A stretch of 64,000 nucleotides of DNA from a virus (taxonomy: Duplodnaviria > Caudoviricetes), in IMG/VR virus record IMGVR_UViG_3300042935_000900, positions 310 to 64,309 of that record; one strand, written 5' to 3'. Under the pieces are notes generated by a model that was not told the DNA's origin, made no database searches, and worked only from the letters and a program-made list of their open reading frames with translations. The position numbers were made by a program, and so were the translations under genes. This document shows positions 26,240 to 35,693 of this stretch, one piece after another. The first letter of the stretch is position 1; every line of letters starts with the position of its first letter.

Positions 26240-26818
26240 ATGTCTAAACAAAAACAAAAAACTGAACAAACAGAACAGTCATTAATCAATCCAGGTGATT
26301 GGCTAATGTGGGTTAAATCTGATAGAGTTGGTGATAAATTGGAGGTTGAAGATATTGACGATCAATGGATTAATTTTACAGACGGAACTCGTTGTAATTT
26401 AAGTTTAGCATCTGAGTATCTAGCTTCTACTACTCCAGATACAACTAGATTGTATCGAGGAAATACATTTATTGGCTCAAACGATCATGCCAAAATTAAT
26501 GAGGCTATTACTGGTCAAATTGATCCAAGTATTACAGTTACTGCTAAACAACCAAAAGAAGAAGCTAAAGAAATTGCAGATCCTTTGGTGTCTATGTTAA
26601 AAACTCTTAGCAAAAAGAATTCTGCTAATTTCCCCTTGGAAATTTCAGTTAATATTCCATCAGAAGCTATGTTTGCTGTGATGACCGCTGAAGTTGAAGA
26701 AGAAGATCTTAAAGAAGCTATTGCAAAAATGATACTCTCCCAAATTAGTATAGATAGAGTACAAGAAGAAATTAAATCAAACGTTAACACTTTCATAAAC
26801 AAATATTATGCCAAATAG
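26240..26818 (+). CDS. hypothetical protein
   Basis: Start moved to ATG 26240 (MSKQKQK). Confidence 0.7.
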   Translation: MSKQKQKTEQTEQSLINPGDWLMWVKSDRVGDKLEVEDIDDQWINFTDGTRCNLSLASEYLASTTPDTTRLYRGNTFIGSNDHAKINEAITGQIDPSITVTAKQPKEEAKEIADPLVSMLKTLSKKNSANFPLEISVNIPSEAMFAVMTAEVEEEDLKEAIAKMILSQISIDRVQEEIKSNVNTFINKYYAK

Positions 26819-27179
26819 AAAAGAACGCCGTTGGGCTTTTAAACAAAGAGGATTTCTTAAAATCAAAAACATGTACAGTCGTTTTAATCCAACTGCAGTA
26901 CAATGGTATGCAGCTAGACAAGACGAAGGTCGTAAAATTCACGCAGCTAATGTTGAAGCCGTAGAAAAAGCAAATTATGAATTCTTACTTCAAAGAGAAA
27001 CTCTTGTAAAAGAAAACTTAGTTGCTACTGGTTATAACGAAGCTGAAACAGAATTAATGTTAGAAGCTTGGAGAATCGCAGTAACTACAACTAAAGAAGA
27101 TTACAGACAAAACAAAAAAGAGGCTAGAGACTTAACAAGACAAGCACAAGAATCTTTTAAATCAAGACAAACAGCTTAA
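26808..27179 (+). CDS. hypothetical protein
   Basis: 123 aa with NRKERR N-terminus. Confidence 0.7.
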   Translation: MPNRKERRWAFKQRGFLKIKNMYSRFNPTAVQWYAARQDEGRKIHAANVEAVEKANYEFLLQRETLVKENLVATGYNEAETELMLEAWRIAVTTTKEDYRQNKKEARDLTRQAQESFKSRQTA

Positions 27180-27182
27180 TTT

Positions 27183-27503
27183 ATGATGTACGTTACACTA
27201 GAACCGGTTGATAACGGTGTGATGAAAATCATTGAAGATGATAACATCAACGCAGCCGGTGAAAAATACGAAGCTAAAATAGCATACGACTTGGAAAATG
27301 GCGGTCTCGAAAGAACCGCCCAATTTTTTAACGATCTAGTCCTAGATTTGGGAATAGATGTGGGATCTGATGAAGATCGTAATAAATTAGAAATAAAAAT
27401 AAGCTGGGGAGCTAATTATAAGCCTAAGCAAGAAGAGCTAAAAGTTAAAGTAGCTCAACTTGAAAAGCAATTAGCACACTATAAAGCGATGCAAACTAAG
27501 TAA
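27183..27503 (+). CDS. hypothetical protein
   Basis: 106 aa ORF in operon. Confidence 0.7.
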   Translation: MMYVTLEPVDNGVMKIIEDDNINAAGEKYEAKIAYDLENGGLERTAQFFNDLVLDLGIDVGSDEDRNKLEIKISWGANYKPKQEELKVKVAQLEKQLAHYKAMQTK

Positions 27504-27910
27504 TGCCTTTAAAAATTGATTATGTATGGTGTAATTCAAAGAGTGATTTCGTGTGGTATACAAAGTCCTTTGAATATCCTGTCGTTGTAAACTACATCGA
27601 TATTATAGTCAATTTAATAAAGTCAGATATTATGAATGCTGAGCCTCCTTCAGCTGTTGTTAATCTTTATATTCGAAAAAAGATTACAAAAATCATGGAA
27701 GATTCTAAATTACAAGAATCTCCTAAATTTGCATATTTCATGAAAGACTTAGAAGAAGACATTGTTGAAGGTGTCTTCTCTCTGGTTTTGGAATTAGCAC
27801 AATTTACAGAAATAGAACACTCCAATAATTTAATAATAGTTAATCATGATGGCTCAATAGATAAAAATCTATTAGCTCGTTTTGATTCAGTTAAATTTGT
27901 AAACAAATGA
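27503..27910 (+). CDS. hypothetical protein
   Basis: 135 aa, translationally coupled. Confidence 0.7.
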   Translation: MPLKIDYVWCNSKSDFVWYTKSFEYPVVVNYIDIIVNLIKSDIMNAEPPSAVVNLYIRKKITKIMEDSKLQESPKFAYFMKDLEEDIVEGVFSLVLELAQFTEIEHSNNLIIVNHDGSIDKNLLARFDSVKFVNK

Positions 27911-28497
27911 TAAAACACAAATTGTTCTCCAGAGGAGAATATGTATATGCTTTATTGTCAGATGCTCAGAATCCAGAATACATGTTCGTGGTCAAAGGTC
28001 TTGTTTACGATACCAAATATGATGACATTAGTCCATTATACCAATTAAAAATCATCGAATTCTTTGATGATATAGATTTCCTTAAACGCTTCTTTTTTCA
28101 ATCTAGTTTTAAGAAAGATTTAAATGCTAGTAAGTACACCCGCATCAATCTTAAAAGAGAACTTTACAAAACTCGTGAAGATCTTCTACAAGCTGTCGGT
28201 GGTCCAAATTGGAAAAGCTATCTGGTGGTAGTAGATTCAATCTATTGTACAAGCACACAACATGCGATCTTTGAGCTGCTTAGGAAGCTCCAGGACTTCA
28301 TGATTGAGAAACGCTTAAAGGAAATATACGAGCTGTCCAATCGCTTTACATACAAAAATGGACAATACTACTTTCAAACTCGTGGTCTTTATGAAATAGC
28401 CCTTAAGAATTTTTTAGGTGACAGATTACCAAAAGACAAAGACTATTTTGACAAATTACTCTATAGACCCAAGAGCATTGAGCTCGACAAAATATGA
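27907..28497 (+). CDS. hypothetical protein
   Basis: 196 aa, translationally coupled. Confidence 0.7.
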   Translation: MIKHKLFSRGEYVYALLSDAQNPEYMFVVKGLVYDTKYDDISPLYQLKIIEFFDDIDFLKRFFFQSSFKKDLNASKYTRINLKRELYKTREDLLQAVGGPNWKSYLVVVDSIYCTSTQHAIFELLRKLQDFMIEKRLKEIYELSNRFTYKNGQYYFQTRGLYEIALKNFLGDRLPKDKDYFDKLLYRPKSIELDKI

Positions 28498-28514
28498 TAA
28501 CATAATATCTCCAA

Positions 28515-28522
28515 GATATATA
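28515..28522 (+). promoter_or_regulatory. late-type promoter GATATATA
   Basis: Heads the structural module. Confidence 0.7.
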
Positions 28523-28552
28523 ACCCAAACCGATAAAAATATTTTATTCTAA

Positions 28553-30370
28553 ATGGGCGGATTCGTTATCGATACCAATGCAACTTCAGCTTTTGATCCA
28601 ACAACAGGAGATTCATCACCTTTAGCTGGTGCTAAAAATGCACTAAGTGGAGGAGGTTATGCTTCAGTAGCTGGTTTGACTAATAATGCAAATGCAATTA
28701 CTCAAATGGCCGGTTCAAATGACACTATTGTTAAAACACAACAATGGGCTCAAAATGCATATAGTAAGATGGATGAACCCACTGGCTATAAATTAGAAGC
28801 TGGAGCAAACACTGAAACAAAAATCGACAAAGACGCTCCTTATTCTGTAATCAATAAATGGTCTTTAGTATCTTATAAAGGTAAACCCCTAGATTCTAAA
28901 CCCACTGGTGATAAAGCTATTTGGGGTGCTGGTAAAGAATTATATACAACATCATTATACACAGCTGCATCAGAAGAATTAAATCCGACAGCTGCCGTAA
29001 TTATTAGAAAATGCAGAGAAAATACTGCACAAGGTTATCAATATACTTCTGGAGATTTTGCATATTGTACTTATTATGGTAAAATACCTAATAATTATAT
29101 GTTGACTTTAAGAAGATTTCCTACACCAACCGAAGATGATATTATTAATGCAACTGCACTAGATGATAAAGGTAATGTTCTTAAAAAAGAACAAGCTGAT
29201 GTTGCGAGAGCAATTACATGGATGAGTGAAGTAACTGAAAATAAGTTATCTGAAATTTTAAAATTTAATGTTGGATTTAATTGGGACGATCTAGACTCAG
29301 AAGTTCAAACTATTACACCGAATGAACCCAATAGAGGCGCAGTTGGTAGTTTTATTAATAGTTCTCCATTCCTTTCTAATGTTGAAAATACCATGAAAGG
29401 AATTAATCCTGGACAAGCTGCAAATACTGAGGCACATGGTTCTGGTTGGGATCCTTTGGTAGAAACATATCCAAATAAAGCATTAGGACCATATAACATT
29501 ATTAAAAATGTTAGGGTTAGAAAAGAAGGTTTAACATTTGAACAAGAAATTAAACTTGTATTTCATTATGACTTAAGATCTATTGGAAAAGTTGATCCAA
29601 AAATAGCGATGTTAGACATAATGGCCAATATGCTAGTTCTAACATATAATAATGCACCATTCTGGGGAGGAGCTACAAGATATACGTCAAGCGGTACAGT
29701 TAAACAACCATTTCCAGGAATGGATAAATTATATAGCGGTGATATATCTGGATTTTTCTCTGGATTAATGGGCGGTTTAAAGAATGCAGCCTCAGGTTTA
29801 ATGAGTGGAAATCCAATGGAAGCACTTAAAAAATTAGGTGGAAACCTATTAGGTGGATCTTTAATGAACTTATTTGGTAAACCAAGTGGTACACAAGCGG
29901 CGAGAGCATTCTTAACGGGTGATTCTACTGGAGCGTGGCATTTAACTGTTGGAAATCCATTAAATCCTATTGCGGTAATTGGTAATTTAACATGTACAAG
30001 TTCTGATTTTGAATTTGAAGGTCCATTAGGTTATGAAGATTTTCCAAGTAAGTTAAAGGTTACAGTGACTCTTAAGCCTGGTAGATATAGAGATAAGGGT
30101 GATATTGAGTCTATGTTCAATGCAGGTAGAGGTAGAATTTATTTAACACCCAAAGGTGATAAAAATACAGATCAAGAAACTGTGGTTGACATATACGGCA
30201 AAAAGTATGCTCAAAAAGGAGATAATAAATCTAAAGGACGTGGAGCATCTGGAGCCAGAGGTGGTTCTGCAACAGGTGGAGGTACTTATGATGATGAAGT
30301 TACAATCACTGATGATAGCAATAAAAGTACTGATTTTTACAAAAAAATGAAAGATTTCGCTAACGGATAA
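28553..30370 (+). CDS. putative baseplate or tail-tube initiator structural protein
   Basis: 605 aa at the start of the baseplate cluster; tube-like C-terminus WHLTVGNP...FPSKLKVTVTLK. Function inferred from context. Confidence 0.5.
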   Translation: MGGFVIDTNATSAFDPTTGDSSPLAGAKNALSGGGYASVAGLTNNANAITQMAGSNDTIVKTQQWAQNAYSKMDEPTGYKLEAGANTETKIDKDAPYSVINKWSLVSYKGKPLDSKPTGDKAIWGAGKELYTTSLYTAASEELNPTAAVIIRKCRENTAQGYQYTSGDFAYCTYYGKIPNNYMLTLRRFPTPTEDDIINATALDDKGNVLKKEQADVARAITWMSEVTENKLSEILKFNVGFNWDDLDSEVQTITPNEPNRGAVGSFINSSPFLSNVENTMKGINPGQAANTEAHGSGWDPLVETYPNKALGPYNIIKNVRVRKEGLTFEQEIKLVFHYDLRSIGKVDPKIAMLDIMANMLVLTYNNAPFWGGATRYTSSGTVKQPFPGMDKLYSGDISGFFSGLMGGLKNAASGLMSGNPMEALKKLGGNLLGGSLMNLFGKPSGTQAARAFLTGDSTGAWHLTVGNPLNPIAVIGNLTCTSSDFEFEGPLGYEDFPSKLKVTVTLKPGRYRDKGDIESMFNAGRGRIYLTPKGDKNTDQETVVDIYGKKYAQKGDNKSKGRGASGARGGSATGGGTYDDEVTITDDSNKSTDFYKKMKDFANG

Positions 30371-30948
30371 TGGATACACAGGTAATATCAACTAAAAGAA
30401 TCTTAAACGACAAGGTCGTTATGACAGAACCTACAATGATATTCGTTAAGAATATTAGAGTAACGAAATACCATTTGGTATCTGATGATGACGCGATGCG
30501 AGTTGACAAGATTTCTAAACAATATTATGGTAATGTTAATCACATTGACCGTATTTTAAAATGGAATGGTATTTCTAATCCATTTTTAATTGCACCTGGA
30601 ATGATTTTAGAAATTCCAGATCTTTCAGGTCAAACCCTAAAATGGATGAAACCCGATGCAAAAGAAAATCCAATTAGACAACAATTCTTAGATGCTAAAA
30701 GAATGAATAAGCAAGATAAAACCAGAGCTGCATTCTTGAAAAAAAGATCAGCTAGCAAACCCAATGGTAGTAAAGAAAATTTACCACCAAATATTATAAA
30801 ATCAGGTGAAACTGATGTTGTAATTAAGGGTGATGTTATATCTTTACAAGCATCTGACATGAATACTGGAATAAACGTTGTTGGTGATTCACTAATTGTT
30901 AATGAGACCTCTTTAGCAACAAACGTTAACAATAATCTTGGTAATTAA
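30370..30948 (+). CDS. LysM/gp53-like baseplate wedge protein
   Basis: RVDKISKQYYG...ILKWNGISNPF...G.ILEIP. Confidence 0.7.
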   Translation: MDTQVISTKRILNDKVVMTEPTMIFVKNIRVTKYHLVSDDDAMRVDKISKQYYGNVNHIDRILKWNGISNPFLIAPGMILEIPDLSGQTLKWMKPDAKENPIRQQFLDAKRMNKQDKTRAAFLKKRSASKPNGSKENLPPNIIKSGETDVVIKGDVISLQASDMNTGINVVGDSLIVNETSLATNVNNNLGN

Positions 30949-32480
30949 TGTCAGTATCAAGTAATATATTAACAATAACCGAACCTAAATTAGTTCTTGA
31001 TGAAGTTCAAATTAAGAACATGGCAGAAGATGTTGCGGCTGGTCCTTCGCAGGTTCCAAGCAAGCGTGTCGGTGATCTTATACCGATGATTATTGTAAAT
31101 GGATACACATTAAATGATGAAGATTTGCTTAATTTTGAATTAGAATTAACAGGTGATATTCCTAGATTATATCTGGTATTTCAAGATACTAGAAATATTT
31201 TTATGATTGATAGTTATCCGAGAGACGGTGCACTTATTAATGTTAGAATAGCTTCTAAGAGTCCAACCACTTATAAATCTGTTAGAATGGATTTTGATAT
31301 TCTCGATGTTTTTGCAGATCCTGTTTTTGGCGATATGGATACACCTATTTATAGAATTACTGGAATCTGTAGTATTCCAGGTTTGTTTAGTGAAGATTGC
31401 AAAAGTTATGGCGAAGGTACAAGTTTAGATCATTTGGAGAAAATAGCAACTGATTTAAAAATTGGATTAGCAAGTAATATTACTACGCCAAAGGATTCTA
31501 TGAAAAGAATTCTTCCATATTCTAGTAGAATAGATTTTATTAAAGATACTGTCGATTCTTCATATATTAGCGAGGAATCATTTCAAACATTTCATATTGA
31601 TCAATTTTACTATTTAAATTTTGTTGATGTTAATGCTCAATTTAATATTAAGGCTGATTTCGAAGATGCGTTTATGACTTTCTTACAAGATACTTCAGTT
31701 GATATAAAAAAATCTGAAAATGACAAGACGTTAAGTAAGTTAATGCTAACAAATAATTTAAATCTTAAGGGTATGTCTAATCATATTGAAACATATACTG
31801 TTTTAAATAATTCTGCTAGAATCGTAACGCGACAAGGTTATTCTCGAGGCGTTCAATATTATGACGAGGGAGACCAAGAAAAGAAATTAAGAGAGTTTAA
31901 AATTGAAGCGATGACTACTAAAGATTTAAAGCCTATTGAAAGTCCTCTAAAGGGAAGATATGGTTCTGGTGGTAAAGCTGTATATGAGTTAGAACGTAAA
32001 CATAAGTTTTTGGGTCGTCAATTTTATAGTGATAATGCAAAAGCAAAGAATAACCATTTAAATTATAATTATAGCGTAGTTCAGAATATAATTAACATGG
32101 CGGAACTTGAAAAGATGCAATTGGTTATTGAACTAGGTACTAATGATAATGCTTTTTATAGATTTCAAAAGGTTCCAGTAGTTATATACGAACACAGTGC
32201 TCAGAAGAAAAGTATTGTGGATCTAAAAGACGAAAGATTAAAAGAGGTTGGAATGCAAGAAACTCATTTTGATGGTGCAAAACAAGATCCTCAACAAAAT
32301 CCTAATGAAGCTGGAGAAAATGCTAACACAGCTAAAATAAATGATTTGTTAAGTGGAAACTATTTAGTTGGTTCAATCGTTTATAAATATACTAAAGAGG
32401 GTGGTATGAAACAGAGATTACATTTACTTAGAAGAGAATGGCCTGTATCATTAAACCAATTACCATCTAAAAAGAAATAA
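30948..32480 (+). CDS. putative baseplate hub protein
   Basis: 510 aa between gp53-like and gp5-like genes; C-terminal LSGNYLV...L.RRE. Confidence 0.5.
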   Translation: MSVSSNILTITEPKLVLDEVQIKNMAEDVAAGPSQVPSKRVGDLIPMIIVNGYTLNDEDLLNFELELTGDIPRLYLVFQDTRNIFMIDSYPRDGALINVRIASKSPTTYKSVRMDFDILDVFADPVFGDMDTPIYRITGICSIPGLFSEDCKSYGEGTSLDHLEKIATDLKIGLASNITTPKDSMKRILPYSSRIDFIKDTVDSSYISEESFQTFHIDQFYYLNFVDVNAQFNIKADFEDAFMTFLQDTSVDIKKSENDKTLSKLMLTNNLNLKGMSNHIETYTVLNNSARIVTRQGYSRGVQYYDEGDQEKKLREFKIEAMTTKDLKPIESPLKGRYGSGGKAVYELERKHKFLGRQFYSDNAKAKNNHLNYNYSVVQNIINMAELEKMQLVIELGTNDNAFYRFQKVPVVIYEHSAQKKSIVDLKDERLKEVGMQETHFDGAKQDPQQNPNEAGENANTAKINDLLSGNYLVGSIVYKYTKEGGMKQRLHLLRREWPVSLNQLPSKKK

Positions 32481-32486
32481 TGAAAA

Positions 32487-33584
32487 ATGAATAACAAATA
32501 TATTAATGACTTTAGAAAAGGTCAAAAAAGAAATAAGTATATTCAAGATCCTACTTATTTAACTTTCTTCTTTCAATTTGTATACGATGATGGTAATATG
32601 TCGCCATTATTAGCTGACGCGCTGTCAGACAATCCAGCTGTTGGTACTGCTGCTTACTATCTTAAGAATTATATCAAAGATGAGGGACGTGCTAATTCGT
32701 TAAAAGAATTTGCTAAAACTCTAAGATTAATTAATAGTCAAATGCCATGGTTTTGGCAAACATTAACAGGTGCTGAAAACTTTCTTAATTATAATGTCAA
32801 TGAACCATATAGAGGTGGAGATGAGGCCAAATTAACGATAGGTTGTTTAGAAAGTTTAAACTTGATGGTTTCTGGTATGATGGATTTATACAGAGATGCT
32901 ATGTGGGATGAAGAAAGATGGTGTTGGGTAGTTCCTGATAATCTTAGAAAGTTTACAATGATTGTTTATGTTTCTGAAATTAGAAAGATTCAAACTACTT
33001 CGGCTAACGGATCTATTTCAAGTTTTTTACAAACAGCATTTGGTGTAAATAAGAAAAATGATGCAGTGACTGGTGATAATTTACCATTCTTTGCGTTTAG
33101 AGTTGGTTTAGCTGAATTTGCTTTAACATCTGGAAAAGATATTTTTGCTGAATTGAGCGCGTCCAAAGCAGAATCTCCGTTGCCTAATATTGAAATATCG
33201 TATGAAAGAATTCATACGTATGATGCTAAATATTTAAATGGTATTATGGATAAACAGATTGGCTTAGAAGATAAAAAAGCTGGTAATGGATTTCCTGGAC
33301 CATTAGGTGATATTGTAGATCAAGCAACTGATGCTATATCTGGAATTGGTGATGATCTTTCTGGATTTGTTGATAGTGCTGTCGCAAGAGGTGCTAATCA
33401 AGTACAAAATATGGTGAATGGTTTAACTGCCAATGTATTTATGGGTAATGTGTATAGTGATACACGTACCTTTAGAGATGCGCTTAGACAAGGTTCTATT
33501 AATTCAATAGCTAATGTTGTTGGTGATATAGCTCAAACACCTGCAAAACCTAAAAACAATTTAGGTAACGCATACGGATTATAA
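32487..33584 (+). CDS. putative tail or baseplate structural protein
   Basis: 365 aa; function from context only. Confidence 0.45.
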   Translation: MNNKYINDFRKGQKRNKYIQDPTYLTFFFQFVYDDGNMSPLLADALSDNPAVGTAAYYLKNYIKDEGRANSLKEFAKTLRLINSQMPWFWQTLTGAENFLNYNVNEPYRGGDEAKLTIGCLESLNLMVSGMMDLYRDAMWDEERWCWVVPDNLRKFTMIVYVSEIRKIQTTSANGSISSFLQTAFGVNKKNDAVTGDNLPFFAFRVGLAEFALTSGKDIFAELSASKAESPLPNIEISYERIHTYDAKYLNGIMDKQIGLEDKKAGNGFPGPLGDIVDQATDAISGIGDDLSGFVDSAVARGANQVQNMVNGLTANVFMGNVYSDTRTFRDALRQGSINSIANVVGDIAQTPAKPKNNLGNAYGL

Positions 33585-33591
33585 TAAATTT

Positions 33592-33599
33592 GATACATA
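33592..33599 (+). promoter_or_regulatory. late-type promoter GATACATA, 4 nt before ATG
   Basis: GATACATA-gtat-ATG(33604). Confidence 0.6.
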
Positions 33600-33603
33600 G
33601 TAT

Positions 33604-34293
33604 ATGGAAACCATTAGAGAATTAGGATCTGATGACCTAAGAACAACTCATTGGTTAGGTGAAGTCGTAGACAACAAAGACCCTGAGTTTCTAGGCAGAT
33701 GTAAAGTGAAAATTTACGGCAAGTTTGATTTATTAGCTGCTGCTGACATGCCTTGGGCCTTTCCTATGAATCGAACTAATCCAGGACAACATGTTGTGCC
33801 AAGAATCGGAGATATAGTGGCTGCTAGATTTGATAATGGTAATATTTATATGCCAGAATATTGGGTCCATGCAGATCAGAATAAAAATCTAAAGGATGAT
33901 ATTCTAAAATCTGCTTCTGAACCACATAACGTAGTATCATTAGTTTATGATGCTGAAAGAAATATTAGAATTTATTGGTCAAAAGAGGATGGTCTTGTAA
34001 TTACAACAGGAAAAGCCAAAGACAAAGATCCTATGATAAAATTTGATAAGGATGGTGATATTCTTATCAATGCCAAAAATATTTATATGGCTACAAGTCC
34101 AACAGATAAAGCAGAACCTGGTGTAAATGGTGAAACTCTTTTTCAAACTCTTAACAAGTTTATGAAAGAATTTAATAAACATACACATCCAACCCCAGCT
34201 GGACCAAGCAGTCCTCCTCTTCCTACTAGTGTAATTGCTATAGAAGGAGAATTAGCTAAACTCGATAAGATTAAACATGGGACTAAAAAGTAA
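33604..34293 (+). CDS. baseplate spike gp5/gpV-like (OB fold)
   Basis: WLGEVVDNKDP..LGRCKV, PWA, VP.IGD.V and C-terminal HTH metal-binding tip (KHTHPT). Confidence 0.85.
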   Translation: METIRELGSDDLRTTHWLGEVVDNKDPEFLGRCKVKIYGKFDLLAAADMPWAFPMNRTNPGQHVVPRIGDIVAARFDNGNIYMPEYWVHADQNKNLKDDILKSASEPHNVVSLVYDAERNIRIYWSKEDGLVITTGKAKDKDPMIKFDKDGDILINAKNIYMATSPTDKAEPGVNGETLFQTLNKFMKEFNKHTHPTPAGPSSPPLPTSVIAIEGELAKLDKIKHGTKK

Positions 34294-34296
34294 TCG

Positions 34297-34304
34297 GATA
34301 TATA
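34297..34304 (+). promoter_or_regulatory. late-type promoter GATATATA
   Basis: Intergenic, upstream of the bS1 gene. Confidence 0.65.
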
Positions 34305-34329
34305 ACTCATCACTTCTAAATAAAAATAA

Positions 34330-35637
34330 ATGACACAAAAAAATCAAGACAATTCTAAGACACCAAAAATTAGAATTGGCGAAAAAAACAAAATCGAGGC
34401 AATCAGTCTAGAAAGCCTTGTAACAATCACACCATCTGAGAAAAAAGTTGTAGACCTAGATGCTCACAACAAAGACGAAGCATGGTATCTTCCTAACGGT
34501 GAATTTAATTGGGACGCTTTCGAAAACGAAGCAAAACCAAAAAGAACCATAAATCCCCACATTAAATTAAAAAATCCAACTGACAAAGTATTTTCTCATG
34601 CGTCTTATGCGCAAGATTTATACAATATGATGATTGGTTCAGCTAGTGTTTTTGATAACAAGTTTATTCTTGAAGTTGGTAAAGTTTACGAAGGTAAGGT
34701 TTATGGAATTTCAAGCAATTGGATGAGTATCGATGTTGATTATAGAGAATTAGTCTATGTTAATATTGAAAAAGAAGTTGCAAATGATTTAAAAACAGGG
34801 GATAAAACTTCGGTTAAAATCGTTAGAAACAGAAGTAAAGGTGAAGACTTTGTTGTAGGTTCAATTGAACAAGGTGTACAACATGCTATCTTTGAAGAGT
34901 TAATGAGTAATATTGACAACAATATCGCTTATGCCGGTCTAGTTAAACAAATGATCCCCGAAGGTGGTTATATTGTAACTATTAATGGTATCGATTGCTT
35001 TATGCCAGGATCTTTAGCCGGTATGAATAAATTACATGACTTTAGTTCTATAATTGGAACTGATATGTATGTAGTTCCTATTTCATTCTCAGCTGAAAGA
35101 GGCACAGTAGTTGTTTCACACAGAGCTTACTTAAAAGCAATGGTTCCTTCGATCCTCGAAGATCTTAGAAATGCAAAAGATGAAGTTATTACAGGTTTTG
35201 TTACTGGTAGTGCTAAATTCGGTGTATTCTGTGAATTCAATGGTTGTTTAACTGGTATGATCCACATCAATGACTTGGATGAAGTACATGCTGCTAAGTT
35301 AAGAAAACATGAAATTAATCCAGGAGATGCTATTGAGTTTAAAGTAAAAGAAATCATTTCTGATACTAAGATTACATTGACTCAGTTGATCCACAACGAT
35401 CCATGGAATGGTATCACAGAAAGATACAAGATTCCTGCAAGAGTAACTGGTATTGTTAAGTCTATTAAAGATTACGGTATGTTTGTTGCAATCGAAGAAG
35501 GTGTTATTGGTTTATTACACGTAAGTGAATTGCCAGAGGGTGCTATCAAAGATTATGCAAAGAATCAAGAAGTGCAAGTAGAAATCTCAAGAATTGAAGA
35601 AATTACCAAAAAAGTATTCTTAAAACTTATTTCTTAA
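34330..35637 (+). CDS. rpsA: phage-encoded ribosomal protein bS1-like (about four S1 domains)
   Basis: EFNWD, GKVYEGKV, GGYIV.I.GI..FMPGS, VVVSHR, FGVF..GMIHI and DYGMFV.IEEGV.GLLHVSE. Confidence 0.82.
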   Translation: MTQKNQDNSKTPKIRIGEKNKIEAISLESLVTITPSEKKVVDLDAHNKDEAWYLPNGEFNWDAFENEAKPKRTINPHIKLKNPTDKVFSHASYAQDLYNMMIGSASVFDNKFILEVGKVYEGKVYGISSNWMSIDVDYRELVYVNIEKEVANDLKTGDKTSVKIVRNRSKGEDFVVGSIEQGVQHAIFEELMSNIDNNIAYAGLVKQMIPEGGYIVTINGIDCFMPGSLAGMNKLHDFSSIIGTDMYVVPISFSAERGTVVVSHRAYLKAMVPSILEDLRNAKDEVITGFVTGSAKFGVFCEFNGCLTGMIHINDLDEVHAAKLRKHEINPGDAIEFKVKEIISDTKITLTQLIHNDPWNGITERYKIPARVTGIVKSIKDYGMFVAIEEGVIGLLHVSELPEGAIKDYAKNQEVQVEISRIEEITKKVFLKLIS

Positions 35638-35656
35638 TAGATGTTTAAAAGGGGGT

Positions 35657-35664
35657 GATATATA
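35657..35664 (+). promoter_or_regulatory. late-type promoter GATATATA
   Basis: Intergenic, upstream of the amidoligase. Confidence 0.65.
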
Positions 35665-35693
35665 CTTGAAAGATAGTATTATAATCTCTAAAT

